Shown here: positions 36,124 to 44,952 of the stretch, piece after piece
How the letters are laid out: every line of letters begins with the position of its first letter
Numbering within the stretch: position 1 is the first letter of the stretch
From: an uncultured Clostridium sp.
Lineage (GTDB): Bacteria; Bacillota; Clostridia; TANB77; CAG-508
Assembly: GCA_946496115.1 (NCBI GenBank)
Contig: CAMMFK010000001.1
Location: 1-47,738 of the forward strand
Direction: 5' to 3'
DNA length: 47,738 nt
Position numbers and translations under genes: made by a program
The notes under the pieces: model-generated
What the model was told of the DNA's origin: nothing
What the model saw: the letters and a program-made list of their open reading frames with translations, nothing else
Databases searched by the model: none

Positions 36124-38721
36124 TTATTTACCATAGTAACTATCTAATAAAATTTGTTTAATTTCGCTTACTAGTGGTACTCTTGGATTTGCTGATGTAC
36201 ATTGGTCTTCAAATGCTCTATCTGCTAAAATATCTACTTTAGCAAGCCATTCTTTTTCATCTATTCCAGCCTCTTTAAATGATTTTGGAATTCCTATATC
36301 TGCTCTAAGCTTATCTACTTCCCTAACCAATGACTCTAATCCTTCATCATCTGTAAATGCTGGGAAGTTCATTCTTCTTGAAATTTCTGCATATTTGTGT
36401 TTTGCAACATAATATTCATATTTGGGGAATGACACAAATTTTGTTGGGTCATCTACTCCATTATATTTGATTACATATGGAAGTAAAATTGCATTTATTC
36501 TTCCATGTGGTAAATGAAATTCAGCACCAATTTTATGTGCCATTGAGTGGCATACACCTAAGAACGCATTTGTAAAAGCCATACCAGCTATTGTACTAGC
36601 GTTGTGCATTTTTTCTCTTGCATATTTGTTACTTCCATCATTGTACGCATCTCTTAAATTTTTAAATACTAATTCTACTGCTTTTTCGGCCAATCCATCT
36701 GTATAATCTGATGCCATATTTGATACATAAGCCTCTAAGGCGTGTGTTAAAACATCCATACCTGTATCTGCAGTGATACTCTTTGGAAGACTCATAACTA
36801 AGTCCGTATCAACAATTGCAACATCAGGTGTTAATTCATAATCTGCTAATGGATATTTTTTGTTTTTCTCTTTATCTGTTATTACAGCAAAAGATGTAAC
36901 TTCTGAACCTGTTCCTGAAGTTGTAGGTATTGCAACCATTTGAGCTTTAGTGCCTAACTTAGGAAATTTATATGTTCTTTTTCTAATATCCATAAATTTA
37001 AGCTTCATACCTTCAATATCTGCATCTGGATGCTCATAAAATAACCACATTCCTTTTGCTGCGTCTATAGGGCTACCACCACCAAGTGCAATAATAACAT
37101 CTGGCCTAAAGTTATTCATCATTTCAACACCCTTTTTTATAGTTTCAAAAGATGGGTCTGATTCTACCTCTGCAAATATTTGTGAATGCACATATTTTTC
37201 TCGTTTTCTTAAATAGTATAAAACTTTATCTACATATCCTAATTTAACCATTCCTTCATCTGTTACTATGAAGGCTTTAGAAATGTCAGGCATTTTTTCT
37301 AAATACCCAAGTGAACCTGCTTCAAAATATATTTTATTTGGAATTTTAAACCATTGCATATTAACTCTCCTTTTTGCTACTCTTTTAATATTTATTAAAT
37401 TAACACTTGAAACATTTGATGTTGTTGAATTTCCTCCAAATGTTCCACATCCAAGTGTAAGTGAAGGCATATTTGTGTTGTATATATCTCCAATTGCACC
37501 ATGAGTAGATGGTGAGTTCACTATAATTCTTCCAACTTTAACTTTCTTTGAAAATTCTTGAATAACATTCTCATCTTCTGAATGAATTACTGCTGAATGT
37601 CCCATTCCACCAAATTCAATTAGCTTTTCTGCTAAATCAATACCTTCTTTAGAATCTTTAACTACATAATATGCTAGAACTGGACTTAATTTTTCCTTAG
37701 AGAATGGATATTCAATTCCTACTCCATTTTCTTTTAAAACTAATACTTTTGTTTCTTTTGGTACTTCTATATCTGCCATTTTTGCAATAAAATATGGAGA
37801 TTTGCCAACTACAAAACTATTAAGTTTATCTTCATCAAACATTTTCTCTCTTAATCTTTTTGTTTCATCGGCATTTAAGAAATAACATCCCGCTTCTTTC
37901 ATAAGTTTTTCAAATTCTTCATGAATTTCCTTATCTACAATTACAGATTGTTCAGATGCACAAATCATACCATTATCAAAAGATTTAGACATAACTAAAT
38001 CATTTACTGAAGTTTTTAATTTTGCTGATTTTTCAATATAGCAAGGAACATTTCCAGGACCAACTCCAAGTGCTGGTTTTCCGCATGAATAAGCAGCTTT
38101 AACCATTCCTGTTCCACCTGTTGCAAGAATCAAATTAACATCCGGATGATTCATAAGCATATTAGTTGCTGTTATAGATGGCTTTTCAATCCATAAAATA
38201 CAATCTTTAGGTGCTCCAGCAGATATTGCTGCATCTCTAACAATCTCCGCTGCACGAGTACTACATTTTTGAGCACTTGGATGGAATCCAAATATTATAA
38301 CATTTCTAGTTTTTGCTGAAATAAGTGATTTAAACATAACTGTTGATGTTGGGTTTGTTACTGGTGTTACACCTGCAATTATTCCAACTGGTTCAGCAAT
38401 TTCTTCATATCCTTCTTCTTCATTTTGGCTAACTATACCAACTGTTTTATCATATTTTATACTGTGATAAATATATTCTGTTGCAAACATATTCTTAGTT
38501 ATTTTATCTTCATATATTCCTCTATCTGTTTCTTCAACAGCTAGTTTTGCAAGTTCCATGTGATGTTCTTCACCAGCCATAGACATTGCTTTAACTATTC
38601 TATCAACATCCTCCTCAGATAGTTTCATGTATTCCTCAGATGCTTTTTTAGCTCTTTTTACTAAGTCATCAATCATATTTTTGATTTCTTGTTCTTCTGT
38701 TTTAGTAATTTCTTTTGCCAT
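36124..38721 (-). CDS. adhE: bifunctional acetaldehyde-CoA/alcohol dehydrogenase
   Basis: 865 aa with an N-terminal ALDH domain and a C-terminal iron-type ADH domain (GGGSPIDAAK). Confidence 0.97.
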   Translation of the reverse strand: MAKEITKTEEQEIKNMIDDLVKRAKKASEEYMKLSEEDVDRIVKAMSMAGEEHHMELAKLAVEETDRGIYEDKITKNMFATEYIYHSIKYDKTVGIVSQNEEEGYEEIAEPVGIIAGVTPVTNPTSTVMFKSLISAKTRNVIIFGFHPSAQKCSTRAAEIVRDAAISAGAPKDCILWIEKPSITATNMLMNHPDVNLILATGGTGMVKAAYSCGKPALGVGPGNVPCYIEKSAKLKTSVNDLVMSKSFDNGMICASEQSVIVDKEIHEEFEKLMKEAGCYFLNADETKRLREKMFDEDKLNSFVVGKSPYFIAKMADIEVPKETKVLVLKENGVGIEYPFSKEKLSPVLAYYVVKDSKEGIDLAEKLIEFGGMGHSAVIHSEDENVIQEFSKKVKVGRIIVNSPSTHGAIGDIYNTNMPSLTLGCGTFGGNSTTSNVSSVNLINIKRVAKRRVNMQWFKIPNKIYFEAGSLGYLEKMPDISKAFIVTDEGMVKLGYVDKVLYYLRKREKYVHSQIFAEVESDPSFETIKKGVEMMNNFRPDVIIALGGGSPIDAAKGMWLFYEHPDADIEGMKLKFMDIRKRTYKFPKLGTKAQMVAIPTTSGTGSEVTSFAVITDKEKNKKYPLADYELTPDVAIVDTDLVMSLPKSITADTGMDVLTHALEAYVSNMASDYTDGLAEKAVELVFKNLRDAYNDGSNKYAREKMHNASTIAGMAFTNAFLGVCHSMAHKIGAEFHLPHGRINAILLPYVIKYNGVDDPTKFVSFPKYEYYVAKHKYAEISRRMNFPAFTDDEGLESLVREVDKLRADIGIPKSFKEAGIDEKEWLAKVDILADRAFEDQCTSANPRVPLVSEIKQILLDSYYGK

Positions 38722-38832
38722 AATACCCTCCTTATTAATCGCATTATATATGAAAGAAATGAAAATGTAAATGGAAAATATAAATTTGAACTAAAATGAG
38801 CATCTCATCTTTTTTATTTTATTGCAAAAATT

Positions 38833-39762
38833 TTATACATGTTGTAATGATTTTTCTAATTTTGCTATTTTTGCATAGCTCAAACCTGTACATTTTTGTA
38901 TCATTTTTTTATCACATTTTTCTTTTAGCATATTAATCGCTACTTGTGTTATCCCAGATTCACTACCTTCCCTTTTTCCATCCTCAATCATTTCTATTAT
39001 TGTTTGTCTTAACATACTATTCTCTCCTCCTTCATCTTTATTTATTTTCTTTATAACTTCATCTAGTTGCTCATTATTTATAAGTTCTGTTAATGATGAT
39101 CTTATGTAATTTTCTATTATTTCTTTTTCTTCTGCATTTTTTAATGTTTTATAAATTTCTAATATTATTTCATTCATATTATATATTATTTTTCTTTTGT
39201 TTAATCTGTCTAATACTATCACTTTCGAAACTGTTCCTTCTCTTTTTATTAAATCATCGTCACTGTAATAACTTGTGTCTATTACAATGTGTTTTCCTAT
39301 TTTGTTTTTAAAGTCTTTTATACAATCTTTTATTTCTATTGACATTTTTGCATTCCATCGTCTTGTTCCTGTGTATAAAACTATAGTTATAATGCTTGGA
39401 TACTCATATGATTTATTATGCATTTTCTCTTTATCTACTAGTTGTCTTAGCATTTCAAATGTATATTCTTCTGTCCTATATGGCATAGAATAATCTATTA
39501 ATGATTGATGCTCTATTATGATGAATATTTTATGTTCTTTTAATTTTATTATTACATCTGACTCTCTATCTTTTTGTTTTGATGTAACAAATCTTGTGTT
39601 TATATATTCTATTTCTTGTGGTATTATTTTTTCTTTAAAATTTATCTCTTGATTTAAAAATATGGCTAATGCAGTTTTATTCATTAAAACTCCACGAATA
39701 GCTGTATCATGTATATTTCCTTTAGGCTTGGCCTCTTTTGTTATATGCATTTTTTGTTTCAT
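38833..39762 (-). CDS. Rpn-family recombination-promoting nuclease / putative transposase (PD-(D/E)XK, YhgA-like)
   Basis: HDTAIRGVL N-terminus, ESDVIIKL...IIIEHQS core, C-terminal helical repeat region. Confidence 0.8.
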   Translation of the reverse strand: MKQKMHITKEAKPKGNIHDTAIRGVLMNKTALAIFLNQEINFKEKIIPQEIEYINTRFVTSKQKDRESDVIIKLKEHKIFIIIEHQSLIDYSMPYRTEEYTFEMLRQLVDKEKMHNKSYEYPSIITIVLYTGTRRWNAKMSIEIKDCIKDFKNKIGKHIVIDTSYYSDDDLIKREGTVSKVIVLDRLNKRKIIYNMNEIILEIYKTLKNAEEKEIIENYIRSSLTELINNEQLDEVIKKINKDEGGENSMLRQTIIEMIEDGKREGSESGITQVAINMLKEKCDKKMIQKCTGLSYAKIAKLEKSLQHV

Positions 39763-39776
39763 TTAATACCTCCTTA

Positions 39777-39805
39777 ATTATACTATTTTAGTGATACTTC
39801 GTCAA
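39777..39805 (-). promoter_or_regulatory. promoter of the Rpn gene
   Basis: Minus strand TTGACG (39800-39805), 17-nt spacer, TATAAT (39777-39782), immediately followed by AAGGAGG. Confidence 0.5.
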
Positions 39806-40107
39806 GATTTTTGAGCACAATTAATAAACCTAGTTATTTTTTAGAATTACTCAAATATCTTATTTTAACTAGTATATTACCGAATTTAACTAATGCTTTT
39901 ATATAAAAAATTTATTATTCTCTGAATTTATCTTGTGTAGAGTTTAGAAAGCAAATAATTTGAAATAAAATTTAATAGCGCTATTCTTTAAATCTTTGAA
40001 ATTAAAACTTATTAATTATATTCTTAAATACTGTGCTATTAAGTATATTACGTTTTCCAGTTTATGTCAATGCGTTTTAATAAAATTGTTGTGCTTTTTC
40101 GTTGACG

Positions 40108-40136
40108 TTTTACGACAAATTTCGACAAAAGTAAAA
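40108..40136 (+). repeat. degenerate copy of the TTTTACG...GTAAAA unit
   Basis: TTTTACGACAAATTTCGACAAAAGTAAAA. It shares TTTTACGA and AAAAGTAAAA with the 44953-45014 copy. Confidence 0.4.
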
Positions 40137-40145
40137 GTAAATAAC

Positions 40146-40174
40146 TTTACATATATCTAATATAGTGGTACAAT
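40146..40174 (+). promoter_or_regulatory. promoter of the orphan plus-strand gene
   Basis: TTTACA (40146-40151), 17-nt spacer, TACAAT (40169-40174). Confidence 0.55.
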
Positions 40175-40211
40175 TAAATATGTAACATTTTTGAAAGAGG
40201 AGGGTTTCTTC

Positions 40212-40514
40212 ATGCCCGCAATAACTCGCCCATCCATCAGAAAACTCGTTACATGCTACAAAGGTGGATATGAATTTCACGTAGTCCATGCAACTGAGCT
40301 TTCTCGGAAACTCTGTAATGACTTTTTAAGAGAATTTATCTATCAGTTTGATGGTCACAACTTTAAACCTGCTCTCAAAAAGGCTTCAGAAATATATCAT
40401 ATCACAGGCATCATCTCGTACGATTGTAACTCGGACGGCAAAAAATCGGACCACAAGAAAACCGAATACAAACTCACCATAGTACCTCTTGGTGATGATG
40501 AGCAACACGCTTGA
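40212..40514 (+). CDS. hypothetical 100-aa protein, compositionally foreign (GC-richer)
   Basis: The ATG at 40212 follows GAGGAGGG. Codon composition is visibly richer in G/C than the neighbouring genes. It is followed by an 18-bp perfect terminator. No family recognised. Confidence 0.65.
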   Translation: MPAITRPSIRKLVTCYKGGYEFHVVHATELSRKLCNDFLREFIYQFDGHNFKPALKKASEIYHITGIISYDCNSDGKKSDHKKTEYKLTIVPLGDDEQHA

Positions 40515-40559
40515 GCAACGAATATTGCTAACACTGCTTTTATTCCTTGCTCATACAAA

Positions 40560-40606
40560 CCAAAACTGACTAGGAATCTCCTTATTCCTAGTCAGTTTTG
40601 GTTTTA
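40560..40606 (+). terminator. very strong rho-independent terminator
   Basis: CCAAAACTGACTAGGAAT-CTCCTT-ATTCCTAGTCAGTTTTGG followed by TTTT. Confidence 0.85.
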
Positions 40607-40678
40607 AATTTATTTATTAAGCATAACTTTAAAACTTTATATTTTGTTCATATTTTCAAAGTCAAAAATTTAATATTG

Positions 40679-41158
40679 TTATCTTCCATCGTCATTGCGG
40701 TCGTCTGTTGTTATATTTAATCCCTGTATAGATTTTGCACTATTTCCGTCCATAGAATTATTTGTTTTATCTGTCTGACCACCTGCATTTCTAACTCTAT
40801 TTAATTGACCTCTTTTGGTATTTATAGAACTTGCCTCTTTTATCCATTCTAAATATAATCCGTATTTACTTCTTTCTTCGCTATTGTCAGCTTTTTGATA
40901 CTTTCCTAATAATTCTGTCCTTAATATATCACTTTCGTTCTTATCTTCTAATAATCTTGCTAGCATTTGTTTTAATCCATTTAATTGCTCTCTTTTTTCT
41001 GTTTTTTCAGTCTCAAGCGCCCTTTCCTCCATTAATTCTTTTGCCGTATATGGTCTATTACGTACATTACTATCAATTCCATCAATCTGTCTTTCTATAT
41101 TTTGCATATCATGTAAAATACCTTCCATATCCATTAAAACACCCATTGCTTTGCTCAT
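40679..41158 (-). CDS. hypothetical coiled-coil protein with a disordered Asn/Asp-rich C-terminus
   Basis: 159-aa track ORF with a GAAAGGAAA SD. It is the last gene of the methyltransferase-rluA unit. No family recognised. Confidence 0.55.
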   Translation of the reverse strand: MSKAMGVLMDMEGILHDMQNIERQIDGIDSNVRNRPYTAKELMEERALETEKTEKREQLNGLKQMLARLLEDKNESDILRTELLGKYQKADNSEERSKYGLYLEWIKEASSINTKRGQLNRVRNAGGQTDKTNNSMDGNSAKSIQGLNITTDDRNDDGR

Positions 41159-41203
41159 AATTCATTTCCTTTCATATTAAAAATTTTGCTCCAAACTTTT
41201 TTG

Positions 41204-41905
41204 TTATTTTGTTTCGTTTATCTTATCTTGTGCTCCATTTTCATATAGCAATTTCCACATTCCTTTTGGCTCTGGTAAATCTATAAAACTCATTTCTTCT
41301 TTTGTAGTTGGATGAACTATTGTAAGTTTATATGCCCATAAGCAAATATCAGTTCCAGCTCCTCTTCCATGATATTTACTATCTCCATATATTGCATGCA
41401 TTCTACTTGAGAGTTGAACTCGAATTTGATGATGCCTTCCTGTATGCAAATTTATTCTTAGTATTGAAAGATTTTCTTTTTCATTATATCCTAATACTTC
41501 ATAATCTAAAACTGCTTCTTTCGCATTCTTCTTGGTTGGTTTTACTACATAACTTGTATTAGTCTTTTCATCTTTCCACAAATAATCTACAAGTGTATCT
41601 TTTTCTTTTTCCATTTTGCCATTACATATAACTAAATATTCTTTTTTAAATGTTTTATTCCTTACTTCTTCACTTAGTCTTGATGCTGATTTTGAAGTTT
41701 TTGCAAATACCATTACTCCACCAACTGGCCTATCTAGTCTATGTACTAAGCCCAAATATACATTTCCTGGTTTTTGGTATTTTTCTTTTAAGTATTCCTT
41801 AATAAGTGTAAGCATATCTTTGTCACCAGTTTTATCTGATTGCGATGGTATATTTACTATTTTTTCTACTACTATTATGTGATTATCTTCATATAAAATT
41901 TTCAT
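41204..41905 (-). CDS. RluA-family pseudouridine synthase
   Basis: MKILYEDNHIIVV start (ATG 41905, 2 nt after the upstream stop) and HRLDRPVGGVMVFAKT catalytic motif. The track start at 41920 is an alternative. Confidence 0.9.
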   Translation of the reverse strand: MKILYEDNHIIVVEKIVNIPSQSDKTGDKDMLTLIKEYLKEKYQKPGNVYLGLVHRLDRPVGGVMVFAKTSKSASRLSEEVRNKTFKKEYLVICNGKMEKEKDTLVDYLWKDEKTNTSYVVKPTKKNAKEAVLDYEVLGYNEKENLSILRINLHTGRHHQIRVQLSSRMHAIYGDSKYHGRGAGTDICLWAYKLTIVHPTTKEEMSFIDLPEPKGMWKLLYENGAQDKINETK

Positions 41906-41907
41906 AT

Positions 41908-42771
41908 TTACTCTTCCCATCTACCATAAATTCCACAAGGTAAAATCAATTTTGAATTAGTCATAGGCAATCCTAATTCTCCATGGCTAAACTTACCACC
42001 AACTTTTTTAGAAATGTTTATTCTTAACAAATTTTCTAAAACTTGACTTGAAATTCCTGTTGTATATGAATTAATTAAGAAAAATAAAGGTTTATCTGAG
42101 AGTACATTTATACATAGTTTTACTAAATCAGCTATATTTTCTTCAAACTTCCATACCTCACCATTTGCTCCTCTTCCATAAGAAGGTGGGTCCATAATTA
42201 TTCCATCATATTTATTTCCTCTTCTTATTTCTCTGTTAACAAATTTTACAACATCATCAATTAAAAATCTAATTGGTCTTTCTCTTAATCCTGATGAGGC
42301 TACATTTTCCTTTGCCCATTCGCACATTCCTTTTGAACTATCTACATGGCAAACAGAGGCACCAGCTTTTAAACAAGCTACACTAGCACCTCCGGTATAA
42401 GCAAATAAATTTAATATCTTTGCTTCCCTATTGCTATTTCTTATTTTGTCCATCATCCAGTCCCAATTTACTGCCTGCTCTGGAAAAATACCTGTATGCT
42501 TAAATCCCATTGGTTTAATATTGAAAGTTAAATCTTTATATTTAATCTGCCAAGATTTTGGTAATGGTTTAATAAAATTCCAATTTCCACCACCAGTGTT
42601 ACTTCTATTATATTTGGCATTTGCATTCTTCCATTTTTCAGGAAAAGATTTTTCTTTCCATATTATTTGTGGGTCTGGTCTTATTAGTGTAATATTTCCC
42701 CATCTTTCTAGCTTTTCACCATTTGCCATATCTAGTATTTCGTAATCTTTCCAATCTTTTGCTACGTCCAT
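41908..42771 (-). CDS. class I SAM-dependent (rRNA) methyltransferase, RlmI/RlmK-like catalytic domain
   Basis: LNLFAYTGGASV SAM-binding motif I and IIMDPPSYG motif IV. Confidence 0.85.
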   Translation of the reverse strand: MDVAKDWKDYEILDMANGEKLERWGNITLIRPDPQIIWKEKSFPEKWKNANAKYNRSNTGGGNWNFIKPLPKSWQIKYKDLTFNIKPMGFKHTGIFPEQAVNWDWMMDKIRNSNREAKILNLFAYTGGASVACLKAGASVCHVDSSKGMCEWAKENVASSGLRERPIRFLIDDVVKFVNREIRRGNKYDGIIMDPPSYGRGANGEVWKFEENIADLVKLCINVLSDKPLFFLINSYTTGISSQVLENLLRINISKKVGGKFSHGELGLPMTNSKLILPCGIYGRWEE

Positions 42772-42814
42772 TTCTACAATCCTTTCTAAATTTTAATATG
42801 ATTCTAAATTTTGC

Positions 42815-42964
42815 AAAGACCAATATATGTTCTGGAACTTTTAGCGACCTGAGGCATCATTAAAATTTGAATAATAACTAAGTATAACTGCCGAAGTGAG
42901 CGTGCGAGCGTTTTCGCTTAAGTGAAACCGTGAAGCAAATGTGGAAGAATGTATATTGGTCTTT
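42815..42964 (+). repeat. longest member (150 nt) of the CAATATATGT nested-palindrome family
   Basis: 19-bp arms AAAGACCAATATATGTTCT / AGAATGTATATTGGTCTTT (two G-U pairs on the plus strand only). The GC-rich interior shares AGCGACC and CCGTGAA with 30586-30669. Confidence 0.65.
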
Positions 42965-42975
42965 TCTAATAATTT

Positions 42976-43080
42976 TTACAATGTATTAAGTACTTGTACG
43001 AATTGATATAATAAAGAAAACAATATTGCTTGTACAATTACAGAACTTATTACTAAACCTGTTATTATTTTTTTGCTCAT
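42976..43080 (-). CDS. 34-aa hydrophobic peptide (not in ORF track)
   Basis: Hand translation gives MSKKIITGLVISSVIVQAILFSLLYQFVQVLNTL. Strong SD AGGAGGGG 4 nt upstream. It starts 49 nt after the uvrC stop. Confidence 0.45.
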   Translation of the reverse strand: MSKKIITGLVISSVIVQAILFSLLYQFVQVLNTL

Positions 43081-43129
43081 AATCCCCTCCTAATAACTTA
43101 AGTATACTAAATTATATTCAGGGCTTATC

Positions 43130-44941
43130 TTAATTATTACTTAATTCGTCCTTTATTTTTTGAGCTAATTCTTCATTAATTCCCTTAACTTTAGCAATTT
43201 CACCAATATCCGCTTCTTTTATTTTTTGCACACTTCCAAACTTCTTTAGTAATAAAGCCTTTTTAGTCGTTCCTACTCCTTTTATATCATCTAAAGCAGA
43301 TTTACTCATTGACTTATCTCTTAAAAACTTATGATAGCCTATCGCTGTATCATGCACTGTATCTTGAAACTGTGTAATTAAATTAAACATTTCATCAGAT
43401 ACTTGTATTTCATTTCTATTTTCATCAATTAAAGCTCTTGTTCTGTGTTTGTCATTTTTTACCATACCAAATACTCTTATTTCAAGCTGTTTTCCACTTT
43501 CTTTCTCCACATTGTGGATGGCTGTAAGGATTGCTCTTATTTGAGTAATACCTCCATCTGCAAATATTAAGTCTGGTAATTTTCCAAATCCATCATCTTC
43601 CTTATCTATTGAATGCCTTAATCTTCTTTCAACAACTTCCCTCATACATCTAGGGTCATCTTGCTCAAATACTGTTTTAATTTTAAATCTTCTTGATAAA
43701 TTCTTTTTTATAATGCCATCTATCATAACACACATTCCAGCAACCATATAGGTTCCAGAAATATTTGATATATCAAAACACTCAATCTTTCTAGGTAATT
43801 TATCCAATTTAAGTGCATCTTTCATTTCCACAATTATATGTTGATTGCTCTTTTGCTTATTTTTTAAAGTAATCTCTGCATTATTTTCAGCCATTTCTAC
43901 TAATCGTAATTTTTCGCCTTTTTGTGGAACTTTGATTTCAACTTTTCTTTCAGCCATTTGAGTAAGCCATATTTCTAGAAGTTCCCTATCTTCAATATCT
44001 TCTTTTATCATAATCTTATTAGGAAAGAAACTTCTTCCCATATAATATTGTTTTATAAAGTCAGATATTATTTCTTTATCATCCTCATCATTTAAACCTT
44101 TTAAAAAGAAATTATCTCTTCCTACCATTTTACTATTTCTTATGTAAAAAATCTCTATGCAAATTTCGTATTCATCTTTATAAAGTCCTATAACATCTAT
44201 GTCATTTTCAGATATATTTGAAACTTTTTGCCTTTGTGAAATTCTGTCAATTGCATTTATTTGGTCTCTTAATTCTGCTGCCTTTTCGTAATCCATCTTT
44301 TCTGATGCTTCTTTCATACTTTGCTCTAATTCTTTTCTTACACCATCAGTCTTACCATCTAATATAGATATAATTTGATTAATTTGTTTATGATAATCTT
44401 CTTTACTAATATATCCTTGGCATGGTGCAGAACATCTTTTTATGTGATAATTTAAGCATGGTCTATCTTTATACTTAAAACTTTTGCATTGTCTGATTTT
44501 AAACTTAGATTTTATAAATTCACACATTTCTTTTGCAGCACCAGAATTAGGATAAGGTCCAAAGTACTTTGCACCATCATTAAGCACTCTTCTAGTCATA
44601 TACACATCAGGAAAATCTGCTTTAACATTTATTTTTATATATGGATATGTTTTATCATCTTTTAAAAGTACGTTAAATTTAGGCATATTCTTTTTAATAA
44701 GGTTACACTCTAAAACTAAAGCCTCCGCTTCATTATCACAAACAATATATTCAAAATGGTCTATTAGTGCAACCATATTAAGTATTCTTTGTGTTTTTTT
44801 AGTTTTCCTAAAGTATGATGTAACCCTTCTCTTTAAATTAACTGCCTTGCCAACATATATTATTTTATCATTTTTATCGTGCATTATATACACGCCCGGT
44901 TTATTAGGTAATTTTTTTAATTCTTCTTCTATGTTAAACAT
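43130..44941 (-). CDS. uvrC: excinuclease ABC subunit C
   Basis: The canonical start MFNIEEELKKLPNKPGVYIM gives the GIY-YIG domain. UVR domain, C-terminal (HhH)2. The track N-extension runs through the leader repeat and was rejected. Confidence 0.95.
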   Translation of the reverse strand: MFNIEEELKKLPNKPGVYIMHDKNDKIIYVGKAVNLKRRVTSYFRKTKKTQRILNMVALIDHFEYIVCDNEAEALVLECNLIKKNMPKFNVLLKDDKTYPYIKINVKADFPDVYMTRRVLNDGAKYFGPYPNSGAAKEMCEFIKSKFKIRQCKSFKYKDRPCLNYHIKRCSAPCQGYISKEDYHKQINQIISILDGKTDGVRKELEQSMKEASEKMDYEKAAELRDQINAIDRISQRQKVSNISENDIDVIGLYKDEYEICIEIFYIRNSKMVGRDNFFLKGLNDEDDKEIISDFIKQYYMGRSFFPNKIMIKEDIEDRELLEIWLTQMAERKVEIKVPQKGEKLRLVEMAENNAEITLKNKQKSNQHIIVEMKDALKLDKLPRKIECFDISNISGTYMVAGMCVMIDGIIKKNLSRRFKIKTVFEQDDPRCMREVVERRLRHSIDKEDDGFGKLPDLIFADGGITQIRAILTAIHNVEKESGKQLEIRVFGMVKNDKHRTRALIDENRNEIQVSDEMFNLITQFQDTVHDTAIGYHKFLRDKSMSKSALDDIKGVGTTKKALLLKKFGSVQKIKEADIGEIAKVKGINEELAQKIKDELSNN

Positions 44942-44952
44942 TTCTTTTCCTT

